From: a bacterium
Lineage (GTDB): Bacteria > SZUA-182 > DTGQ01 > JAFGSM01
NCBI GenBank assembly: GCA_049472315.1
Contig: JBLIRN010000014.1
Location: 5,820 to 69,819, forward strand
DNA length: 64,000 bases
Direction: 5' to 3'
The position numbers were made by a program, and so were the translations under genes. This document shows positions 9,575-18,091 of this stretch, piece by piece. The stretch's first letter is position 1. Each line of letters opens with the position of its first letter. The notes under the pieces were generated by a model that was not told where the DNA came from, did no database searches, and was given only the letters and a program-made list of their open reading frames with translations.

Positions 9575-12233
9575 GGGCATGGGTGATTTTATACGGTATT
9601 TTTCACGGGTGGCAGGGCTCTGGCTCGTGGTCGTCCTGTGGTGGGGCCTGATCGTTCTGGCCCCCTTGCAGATCCATAACGGGATCGTCATCCGCGACCT
9701 CCCCGCCATCGCAGGGGGGATCTATATACTCCTGCTCATGGGATTCTGGAAGAAATGGAGGATATCATTCCGTTCCATGAGGCAGGAGTGGCTTCTTCCC
9801 CTTCTGCTCATTGCAGCACTCGATGCGATTGCCATCCTGTATTTCCGCAGCATTACCTTTTCCTTCATCCTTACCTCACTATGTATCCTCTTGACCGGTC
9901 ATGTCTTGAATCTTGCGTCGTTTATCGATGCCGGATCCCTCCTCTTTCTTACCAGCGCGGGATTCGGAATCACCCACCTGATCATGCACCTCGTGCGCGG
10001 GATTCCCACCCTTGGATCCAGGTTTTTTGCCCGTCAGATCGCCTTCCTGCTCACCCTGTTTGGAAAGGACGCCCATGTGGTCATGGGTACCCTTTTTTTT
10101 CAAGGGAAAAAGATAACCTGCGACCTCATGAAGATGGGGTTTTTCCCGTGGCTGGCATTGAGCCTTGCCTTTCTCGCATTCATCGCCACGGCCCGGGGAA
10201 GCAGGAAAAAAAAGGCGTATGCCGCCGGAATCGGCATTGTCTTACATTATCTGTATCTGGTGGGAAGGGCCGCGCTGCTCTTTGTGTTCGTACCCGATCG
10301 CATGTATGCGGGCGCTGGAACGTTCAACCTCTTTTATTGGCGGATACTCGTTTTTTCATGTATCCCCCTGCTCCTTATATGGCTGTTCATCCTCTATGAG
10401 GCGGATCTGTCCGAGCCGGAAAAGGGTTTGTCCGGGCTGTTTTCTGCAAAGCCATCCCGGATGGACCCCCTGCTCTTCGCAGCGACTGTGATAACGGTGC
10501 TTTTCATGACCTTGTCATTTCTGTTCCACGGGTTTGCCAGACACCGGGACATCCACGTCATCATCGACGAGGTACACAGTGACTGGGAATCGAGCCTCAT
10601 CGATTTCAATCAAGACATCTTCGGCACCCTTGCGGAGAACAGCTACCACTCCCTACTGGACTACCTGAGGCACTTTTACCCGGCAACAATCCTGAGCAAT
10701 AAACCGGGCATGGCCCCCAATCTTGAGGGAGTCGAGTTGATCCATACCCCCATCCTCACCGGCGAGGTTCTGGACGGTGCCACGAGGATCCATCCGGAGC
10801 GGCACCCGGTGCTGGTCTTGAAATGCATCACCACGGCGTTTTCCCCCTATGAGATCGACATCATAAGGGATTTCGTCTCCCGCGGCGGAAGCGTACTGCT
10901 CATCGGCGACCACACGGATGTGTTTTTCATGAACAAGAATCTCAATGAGCTTGCAGGACACTTCGGCATACGGTTCGAGCAGAATTCCGTATATTTCATT
11001 GACGGGGGATGGGTCATCACGGATCCGCCGCACTACGAGTCGCATCCGGCAACCCACTTCCTGGGCCGGTTTATCTGGGCCACCGGGGATTCCGTGACCC
11101 TGAAATCGCCTGCGTTTCCCCTGATTACCAGCTCTCCGGTCTGTTTTGCCGATGAGGTCAATTACTTTTACGAAAATTTCTTCGGCAACACCACGATCGA
11201 TGCCGACGAGGTGTTCGGAAGCTACTGCGTCATGGCCGGATCACGGTATGGCAAGGGAAGGATCATTGCCTTTACCGATTCGACCTGCTTCAATAACTAC
11301 CTGATGTTCAGCGTGGGTCGAAGGCCGCTCATCGCGGGAATCTTCGGATGGCTGGGTGATACGGACTCGACGAATCCCTTTCCCCTGCTCACCTACCTCT
11401 CCTTTTGCGTGCTGGGGGTGATTATGCTGAAACGATGGCGAGGATTCGACTCGTTCCTGCGCACCTGCATCCTGGGCGTGATCCTGGGGTGGGGTGCAGG
11501 ATACCTTTTGGCTATGTCCATGAACGCCCTGCTCTACCCTCCCCCCGCACCCATACGTCCCTTGCCGCAGCAAGTGATCATGGATGCAAGCCATGACCCG
11601 CTCCATGCAATGAGTTACGGGAACAGCGAATCATTTCTTGCACCGACCAGTTACGACAGCCTCCTGTTCAATATCGGGAGGATAGACCTGTTCACGAGGA
11701 TACACTATGAAGGATCCCTTGGGAAGAGGGCGCTTGACGGATCGTCCTGCCTCATCATCGCCTCTCCGAGGGAGCAATTCTGCGCACGGGAGAGGGATGC
11801 AATACGATCGTATGTTCAGAACGGCGGATCGTTGCTCCTTATCGAGGGTGCGCATCACGATTCCACCGTCAATCAGATCGCGCATCTCTTCGACATGCAT
11901 GTGCGTCTCGACCCCTATCGCAACACGATCGATGCAATGAACCAGCGCCTGGCGAGGAACGGGCGTGATGCCCTTCGCACCAATCCCGCATGGGTGGATG
12001 GCGGCACCATGCTCTTCGGCTACGAGGGAATGCCTATTGTCATCTTCAAGCGAGAGGGCAAAGGAATGATTCTCGCCTTCGGCGACGACGGACTTTTCAT
12101 GAAGGAGAACTTTCAGGCATTCGGCCGGGAACTGGTTACCATGCAGTGCTTCATGGTCGAGGCGCTCGTGGGCAAGGACGAAGAGCTGCTGCGGTCCATC
12201 CGGTGGAATTATGTCGGCGACGGGGACCCTTGA
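9549..12233 (+). CDS. Polytopic membrane protein with two GldG/ABC_transp_aux (DUF4350)-like domains (MP2, tandem paralog)
   Basis: 894 aa with about 10 N-terminal TM helices. Domains carry motifs IDIIRDFVSRGGSVLLIGDHTD...IIAFTDSTCFNNYLMF and RDAIRSYVQNGGSLLLIEGAHHD...ILAFGDDGLFMKENF. Overlaps MP1 by 26 nt. Confidence 0.7.
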   Translation: MHMKRFSTKGMGDFIRYFSRVAGLWLVVVLWWGLIVLAPLQIHNGIVIRDLPAIAGGIYILLLMGFWKKWRISFRSMRQEWLLPLLLIAALDAIAILYFRSITFSFILTSLCILLTGHVLNLASFIDAGSLLFLTSAGFGITHLIMHLVRGIPTLGSRFFARQIAFLLTLFGKDAHVVMGTLFFQGKKITCDLMKMGFFPWLALSLAFLAFIATARGSRKKKAYAAGIGIVLHYLYLVGRAALLFVFVPDRMYAGAGTFNLFYWRILVFSCIPLLLIWLFILYEADLSEPEKGLSGLFSAKPSRMDPLLFAATVITVLFMTLSFLFHGFARHRDIHVIIDEVHSDWESSLIDFNQDIFGTLAENSYHSLLDYLRHFYPATILSNKPGMAPNLEGVELIHTPILTGEVLDGATRIHPERHPVLVLKCITTAFSPYEIDIIRDFVSRGGSVLLIGDHTDVFFMNKNLNELAGHFGIRFEQNSVYFIDGGWVITDPPHYESHPATHFLGRFIWATGDSVTLKSPAFPLITSSPVCFADEVNYFYENFFGNTTIDADEVFGSYCVMAGSRYGKGRIIAFTDSTCFNNYLMFSVGRRPLIAGIFGWLGDTDSTNPFPLLTYLSFCVLGVIMLKRWRGFDSFLRTCILGVILGWGAGYLLAMSMNALLYPPPAPIRPLPQQVIMDASHDPLHAMSYGNSESFLAPTSYDSLLFNIGRIDLFTRIHYEGSLGKRALDGSSCLIIASPREQFCARERDAIRSYVQNGGSLLLIEGAHHDSTVNQIAHLFDMHVRLDPYRNTIDAMNQRLARNGRDALRTNPAWVDGGTMLFGYEGMPIVIFKREGKGMILAFGDDGLFMKENFQAFGRELVTMQCFMVEALVGKDEELLRSIRWNYVGDGDP

Positions 12234-12277
12234 CCTAGCCTACGCCCTTAACCTCCTAATACCGAGTTTCTCACGAC

Positions 12278-12443
12278 GAAGGGGGATGCGCCTTTTGTTT
12301 CGGCTCCCTTGCACACAGCCTGTATGGCTCGCTTCGGGCACGCCTCAACTCGCCCTTCGGGCTCGAACAAGCGGCGTGCTTTTCCTCAGCTTCGCCGACA
12401 GGCTGTAGTGCTCGTCCGCAGGCACACAGGCGCATCCCCCTTC
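12278..12443. repeat. MITE-like repeat, copy A (166 bp, perfect 15-bp TIR GAAGGGGGATGCGCC / GGCGCATCCCCCTTC)
   Basis: Terminal inverted repeats read directly from the sequence. The interior is about 85-90% identical to the reverse complement of segments at 28754-29029. Sits between convergent gene ends (MP2 stop 12233; S8 peptidase stop 12448). Confidence 0.8.
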
Positions 12444-12447
12444 ATCC

Positions 12448-14283
12448 TCACCGCACCCAGAACCCGTACCCGTTGAGCAATGAGAGTGCATAGGCTAAGG
12501 GAAAAAGCTGATACGGGGAAATGGGAGATGACCACCGCGACTGCGATGCGTAGGGAGAAGCCGTTGAGGCTATGGAGGACTCAACCTGGTATCCCCCTGC
12601 ATTTGCCTGTGCATACCCCCAGCCTGAGAACGCCTGCTGCCCGATAGTGGAAAGGCCCTGCGCAGCAAACATCGGGGTCAATCCATAGGACGGCACAAAC
12701 GAATTAGCCCCTGCTACGGATGGATAGAACAATGACCTCCCGTTTGTGGCGAGGTATCCCTGGACGGTGGAGAACGACTGCTGAGAGACAGAGGGCTGAA
12801 ATGCCTGGATGCCCGCTTGCACGGCGGAGAGAAATCCTGCATTGCTTTGATATATTCGGTCTTCAGGGACATTCACGCCCACGGGAAGGGATGAGCCCTG
12901 ATAGACGGCTGAAGGCACGATTCGGGACGTGACCGGCTGGAACCCGGTCCGGGTGCCGAAGATGCTTGCCGTGGCATATGTGCCGGCAGCCTGCGTCGCT
13001 GCGAGGGGATTGACCAGCCCCCACCCGTACCATTGATCCCATCCCGGGTCGCCAAGGTCGCTTGCGGTGGTGCAGAGGATGTCCCGCACCTCTGACGGGG
13101 TAAGGGGCCGTGCCGAACGGGCAAGCATCAGCGCAGCCACACCGGACACGAATGCACAGGAGCATGAGGTGCCCTCGGCAAAATAGAAGTCGAAATCCTT
13201 GACATCGATCCCGGTATGGGTCTGCTGATAGATGCCGTCAGGATACCCATCGCCGTTCACGTCCTCGTCCAGGTCACCACCCGGTGCACAGATGTCCACA
13301 TCAGGCCCATAGTTGGAATAGGAATCGGCAAAGGAATGATCGAACCGGGTCGCGCTGACAGAGATGGCTGCGTCGTATGATGAGGGATAATGGGGCTCGC
13401 TGGTCGATTCGTTGCCCGCCGAGCATATAACCACCACTCCTTGGGATACCGCGAAATTGATCGCCTCCTCCTCGCTCGATGAGGGGCTGGTGACAAATCC
13501 GTAGCTCATGTTGATGACCCTGGCGCCGTTATTGACTGCAAAATATATGGCATCCACGATATCCGCCACCGTCCCCGAACCCGTATGGTCGAGCACCTTG
13601 ACCGGCATGAGAATGCACTCGGGGGCCACCCCGGCGCCCCCGATGAGATTGTTGGTACTCTGGGCGATGATGCCTGCGATATGCGTACCATGACGATTGT
13701 CGTCGTCAGGATAGGCATCGTCGTTCACGAAGTCGTATCCCGGCATGAAACTCGTCTCCGCCAGATCGGGGGCAAGGGCGAACCCGCCGCCGTTTCGATA
13801 GGCGACCCCGGTATCAAACACGGCAACCACCACGTTGGTTCCCAGGGATTGATCCCATGTCTGCTGGAGCATGGGATTATAGAGATGCCACTGAAGCTTG
13901 TACAGCGGATCATTGGGGATAAAATTCACCCTTCTCACATAGTTCGGCTCTGCCAAGGCTACCAGGGGATTCTGATTCAGATTTGCGGAAACGGCATACA
14001 CGTTGGAATTCGAAGGAACCCTCACCCTTCTCAACCCGCTGTAGGCACTGTATCCGACCTCGTTCAATCCCAGGTTGACATACGTGTTATTGATATCATT
14101 TGTGGATGCCTCGGAATGGTAACGAACCAGGACCTCCTGGGAGAAGTAGCCCTGGGTTTGCCTCCCTCCCCCCATTCCCCAGCCCCAGGAAGGAATCGAA
14201 GAAACATGGAAAAGAATGAAAAGACAACAAATCGTTATACAGCCTATCAACACACAAGCCCTGAACCGGCACCAGTACGCCAT
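12448..14283 (-). CDS. S8 family (subtilisin-like) serine peptidase with a C-terminal low-complexity Ser/Gln/Ala/Tyr-rich tail
   Basis: N-terminal signal peptide. Catalytic Asp (VAVFDTGV), His (HGTHIAGI) and Ser (GTSCSCAFVSGVAAL) motifs. The last roughly 200 aa are low-complexity and end GYGFWVR. Confidence 0.85.
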   Translation of the reverse strand: MAYWCRFRACVLIGCITICCLFILFHVSSIPSWGWGMGGGRQTQGYFSQEVLVRYHSEASTNDINNTYVNLGLNEVGYSAYSGLRRVRVPSNSNVYAVSANLNQNPLVALAEPNYVRRVNFIPNDPLYKLQWHLYNPMLQQTWDQSLGTNVVVAVFDTGVAYRNGGGFALAPDLAETSFMPGYDFVNDDAYPDDDNRHGTHIAGIIAQSTNNLIGGAGVAPECILMPVKVLDHTGSGTVADIVDAIYFAVNNGARVINMSYGFVTSPSSSEEEAINFAVSQGVVVICSAGNESTSEPHYPSSYDAAISVSATRFDHSFADSYSNYGPDVDICAPGGDLDEDVNGDGYPDGIYQQTHTGIDVKDFDFYFAEGTSCSCAFVSGVAALMLARSARPLTPSEVRDILCTTASDLGDPGWDQWYGWGLVNPLAATQAAGTYATASIFGTRTGFQPVTSRIVPSAVYQGSSLPVGVNVPEDRIYQSNAGFLSAVQAGIQAFQPSVSQQSFSTVQGYLATNGRSLFYPSVAGANSFVPSYGLTPMFAAQGLSTIGQQAFSGWGYAQANAGGYQVESSIASTASPYASQSRWSSPISPYQLFPLAYALSLLNGYGFWVR

Positions 14284-14547
14284 AACTCCCCCCCAATTTT
14301 AACGTAATATCCAGTACATCCCTTATCCGGGAATAAAATGCAGAATCCATTGAAGCAAGATATATACCAGTGGGGCTGAAAGGGAATTGATCGAAGCATC
14401 ATGGGTATGTGCCCGAAAAAAAAGGGGTTGATGGAGGCTTGAGGGGTCAAAGCAATCGGATGGGGCTAAGGAATGTGAATCATAATGCTATCTATGAAAT
14501 TCTTTGCCTAATAGCAGCTTTTATGCATTAAATTGCACAAACACACC

Positions 14548-15921
14548 TTAGAATTGGTAACTCGCCCTGAAGACCAGTGCGGTTTCATGGAGAAACCGTG
14601 CCTCCGCCTGAAGGTGAAGGATATTCATGAACGGATAGCTGGCTCCCAGGAAAACACCCACGGGATTCGCCTCGCTGTAGTCATTCTCCAGGCGCGAGCC
14701 CACAAGGTCCAACTCGAAGGTGGCGTCAACCTGCGTAAAGGATAGTCCGCCATAGGGAACCAGTTTCGGGTATCCGAGATACCGTGCCGCGAGGGAGAGG
14801 TTCAGCTCCGTCCAATCAGCGGTGGCCTGTACCCCGTTTTGATATTCATCCTTGTTGGAGCCCATCAGGAAGGAGAGGCTGGCATCGAACAAAAGATCCC
14901 GTTCATCCCAACGATGGATCATCGCATTGACCCCGGCGCCATAGGCAAAACCGAGTACTCGTTTGAAATCGACACTGACGGCGCCGAAGTTGATGGTATC
15001 ATCGAACCCCAGGTCGGTCACACCCAGATCCAGAAAGAGGCGGAACCTCTCTCCGGGGGTATATCCCAGTCTGAATATGGCCCTCTTGTACTGAGAGCCT
15101 ATATCTACCGTTCCGCTCGGTATATCCATCTCCACGTCGCGGGCAAGTCCGGCCGCGGCGTCCAGTTCCAGGGAGAGTTTCTCCTTGATCCCTTTTCCCG
15201 CCACTGTAGGCCGCTCGGGCGCGGGTGCGGGGGTAACCTTCACCAGGCGTTCCATGTTTTCTCTGGCCATGGGGTAATCGGGTCTCACGGCCAGGGCCTT
15301 TTTGTACATGGCCACTGCGGTATCGACATCCCCTGTCTCCTCCGCCAGGTATCCGAGATTATTGTAGGCCTCGGCCATTGTCTGGTCCAATTCCAGGGCC
15401 CTCAGGTATTCCTTCCTGGCCTCCTCCATACGGGACAGCTTCATGAGACTGAGTCCCATGTTGAAATGTACGGCGGCATCATCGATGCCGTGGCGCATGG
15501 CCAGCCTGTATTCCTGAAGCGCCTTGTCCGGCTGGCCGGATCGGTCGTAGACGACCCCCAGGTTGAAATGCGCCTCTCCGAAGTCGGGTTTCAGTTGAAT
15601 CGCCTTTACATACGCATTCACGGCCTCCTGGTACATTCCCAACTCATACGAGGCCAATCCCAGATTATAATGGGCTTGCGGAGAATCGGGATCAGCGGTC
15701 ACGTTGGCCTTGAACTCATTCAGCGCCCCCTTGAAATCACCGGCCAGAAAGAGACGCTCCCCTTTATTCATCCGCTCCGTATCGGTTTTCTGGACATCCG
15801 ATGACCCCTTTTCGCCGAATGGACGTTTGAGTAATGACGAGGTCTTCTGCATCATTCCGCCGCAACCGAGCACGAATCCCAGACAGATAACGATAAAACC
15901 CTTCGCAAGCCGGTTCATCAT
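14548..15921 (-). CDS. TPR-repeat lipoprotein with C-terminal outer-membrane beta-barrel-like domain
   Basis: Lipobox LGC, at least 5 TPR repeats (AHYNLGLASYELGMYQEAVNAYVKAIQLKP and others), and a C-terminal roughly 200 aa of alternating amphipathic strands ending in Phe (ASYQF). Confidence 0.7.
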   Translation of the reverse strand: MMNRLAKGFIVICLGFVLGCGGMMQKTSSLLKRPFGEKGSSDVQKTDTERMNKGERLFLAGDFKGALNEFKANVTADPDSPQAHYNLGLASYELGMYQEAVNAYVKAIQLKPDFGEAHFNLGVVYDRSGQPDKALQEYRLAMRHGIDDAAVHFNMGLSLMKLSRMEEARKEYLRALELDQTMAEAYNNLGYLAEETGDVDTAVAMYKKALAVRPDYPMARENMERLVKVTPAPAPERPTVAGKGIKEKLSLELDAAAGLARDVEMDIPSGTVDIGSQYKRAIFRLGYTPGERFRLFLDLGVTDLGFDDTINFGAVSVDFKRVLGFAYGAGVNAMIHRWDERDLLFDASLSFLMGSNKDEYQNGVQATADWTELNLSLAARYLGYPKLVPYGGLSFTQVDATFELDLVGSRLENDYSEANPVGVFLGASYPFMNILHLQAEARFLHETALVFRASYQF

Positions 15922-16075
15922 AGTTTCCTCCTGATGGCGATGTGGATGAATTAAATCCTCATAATTTATCTGTGTAATTTTATTATCAATATTCTATTTT
16001 ATCAAGCCCGTGTAATGCGCATCATGCAAGAATCGTGTCACATAATCAACATTGTCAAAGGATTCGGTCAATCGA

Positions 16076-16254
16076 GCGCTGTAGCCGTATGCCCGGCTCC
16101 TTCCTTTGTGCGCGACTGTGCGTGAGCGCAAGGCCGGGGGCACAGGCATGAGGTGAGGTTGCATTGCAAATCTGGTTGTTAGATATAAGGGCACCATAGA
16201 ACTTCGCTTCGCTCCGCCTGGCACGCGTGGTTTCCCCTTCCCGCAATGGTTAAT
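16076..16254. repeat. Degenerate third copy of the MITE-like repeat family
   Basis: Segments (gcggagcgaagcgaag..., ...cgcttcgctccgcctggcacgcg...ccccttcccgc, gctgtagccg...) align to copies A and B. Lies about 150 bp upstream of the 16405 gene. Confidence 0.5.
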
Positions 16255-16404
16255 AATTACTGGATACATCAAGTTACAGTTGTTATACTATAAAATAGTG
16301 AAGTATCAATTCACGGCACATAACGATTGATCGTCATGTGCGTCAATTAAACGTGTTGATGTATTCCCGAAAACGACATCTATTCAGTCCGGAAGGAGTC
16401 AGTC

Positions 16405-17520
16405 ATGAGCAGGTACAAGATTGCAGCCATATTCATACTCGTCGTCATCATGTCCCTTTTTTCAGTCCGGGTCTTTGCGGCAATTGACCCAGGCGGCTTT
16501 TACTATGACAAGGAAGTGACCCTGTTCAACGGGGGCACCGCCAGGCTTTACTTCCCCCAGGCAACCGGCGACCACGGGGAGGGCAACCATCACCTCATGT
16601 CGAACCCGAACGATCCCGGTTCGCTGTTTGACGAATTCTTTGCCAATGCCCAATCCGGCAAGTTTTTCCTCATGTACGACGGGAACGATGTGGTGGATGA
16701 CGAGATATTGATGATCGCCCTGGGTGAGCAATTTGACAACTATTTCTTTATGGCCCTTCAATGGCAAATAAACGACGGGCCCTTGTCCCAGAATATCTCC
16801 ATCGAGAGCGCCGATTTCAACAGCAATGAATACGGCTACTATCCACAATGGTGGAAGGTGGCCCGATCGGGAAAGCCACTCATTTACAGTGGATCGGACG
16901 AAGACGCCTACTACGTCATCTACGTCCCGCTCGAATTTGACGGCCAGTCAATGGCAAAGGGGGATGTCCTGTCAATCACCTACGCACTCACCCAATTTGA
17001 TGCCCCTCAGGCCAGGATTGTCTTCAATGTTTACGGCTCAAGCGATACAGAGTATTTTTACCAGTGGACCAACGCAAACGACAACACCTTCGGAATAAAC
17101 TCCCTCTATTCCTCGTCTCAACAGAACCAGCCCTCGATTTACCCGTATCTTTTCGGCGGGATGGGCTACGGCGGATACTATGGGGGATACTGGCCGGGGA
17201 TGGGTTCGTTTGGGGGATCATACGGAGGATGGGGCTTCTCCTCTCCTACGGGTTCCTACTACGGGTATGGATACGGCATCCCATATTCCTTCTATGGCTC
17301 CTCCTTTGGCGGCGGGTATGGGTATTCACCCTATGGAGGCGGTTTCGGCGGCTTATACGGGGGGTTTGGCTATCCTTACAGCAACTTCTATTCCGGCTGG
17401 TCCTACCGGCCGTACTCGTTCGGATACGGGAGTGGTTACGGATGGTCACCCTATACCATGGGATGGGGTTCCTTGGGTGGATATTATTCGAATTACTACG
17501 GCGGGTACAGCGGTTTCTGA
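16405..17520 (+). CDS. Secreted protein with extreme Gly/Tyr/Ser-rich low-complexity C-terminal region
   Basis: Signal peptide MSRYKIAAIFILVVIMSLFSVRVFA and RBS GGAAGGAG upstream. The C-terminal roughly 130 aa is almost entirely G/Y/S/F/W/P (GYGGYYGGYWPGMGSFGGSYGGWGF...GGYSGF). The N-terminal roughly 240-aa domain has no match I recognise. Confidence 0.7.
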   Translation: MSRYKIAAIFILVVIMSLFSVRVFAAIDPGGFYYDKEVTLFNGGTARLYFPQATGDHGEGNHHLMSNPNDPGSLFDEFFANAQSGKFFLMYDGNDVVDDEILMIALGEQFDNYFFMALQWQINDGPLSQNISIESADFNSNEYGYYPQWWKVARSGKPLIYSGSDEDAYYVIYVPLEFDGQSMAKGDVLSITYALTQFDAPQARIVFNVYGSSDTEYFYQWTNANDNTFGINSLYSSSQQNQPSIYPYLFGGMGYGGYYGGYWPGMGSFGGSYGGWGFSSPTGSYYGYGYGIPYSFYGSSFGGGYGYSPYGGGFGGLYGGFGYPYSNFYSGWSYRPYSFGYGSGYGWSPYTMGWGSLGGYYSNYYGGYSGF

Positions 17521-17592
17521 TCCTCCCTATAGGGATGGGATGTGGCGGATGTGCGGGTGCAACGACCGATCACGCGGCAGTTAGGATGGAGG

Positions 17593-18000
17593 CTATGAGG
17601 GTCGTACATTGAGCAGCCGGTTTACCTCCCCGATAAAGGCGCTCGCTTCAAACGGTTTGGTGACAAAGGCGTTTGCGCCCAGTTCCTTGAGCTGATACGA
17701 GTATTTTCTCTTGGTGTACACCGCCGTTATGATCAGGATGGGGATATTCTTCAATGCATCCATCTTCCGAATCTCGCTGCATACATCGAATCCATGCCTT
17801 CCGGGAAGCAGAAGATCCAGGACGACGAGGTCCACATTTTTTGACTTCAGGATGCTGATCGCCTCATCCCCCTTACATGCATGGAGTGTGGAATAGTTCG
17901 ACTGTTTCAGGATCTCCTCGATAAACTCCCTCACCAGGGGATCGTCGTCCACGATCAATACGGTGTACGCTCGACTGGATTGTTTGGTGTCAGATTTCAT
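17593..18000 (-). CDS. Response regulator receiver (single-domain, CheY-like)
   Basis: 135 aa. REC motifs LIVDDD, phospho-acceptor region VVLDLLLPG and conserved Lys in TKPF. Confidence 0.85.
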   Translation of the reverse strand: MKSDTKQSSRAYTVLIVDDDPLVREFIEEILKQSNYSTLHACKGDEAISILKSKNVDLVVLDLLLPGRHGFDVCSEIRKMDALKNIPILIITAVYTKRKYSYQLKELGANAFVTKPFEASAFIGEVNRLLNVRPS

Positions 18001-18091
18001 GGCTGTTGATCACTCCCGCAAAGATTAGGCGTTGCATTGTATGTGACATCATCTCTGGGCAAAAGCCCTGACTCAGCACATCCACACGTGC

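Noticed and set aside
12211-12408. Small ORFs 12211-12408 (+) and 28815-29090 (-), both encoding the peptide LASGTPQLALRAR.
   Set aside because: Both lie entirely within copies of the MITE-like repeat. The shared peptide is a consequence of repeated DNA, not evidence of a conserved small protein.
15994-16272. 92-aa minus-strand ORF in the intergenic region upstream of the Gly/Tyr-rich protein gene.
   Set aside because: It overlaps the degenerate MITE-like copy and has no RBS. Its Arg/Pro-rich composition looks non-coding.
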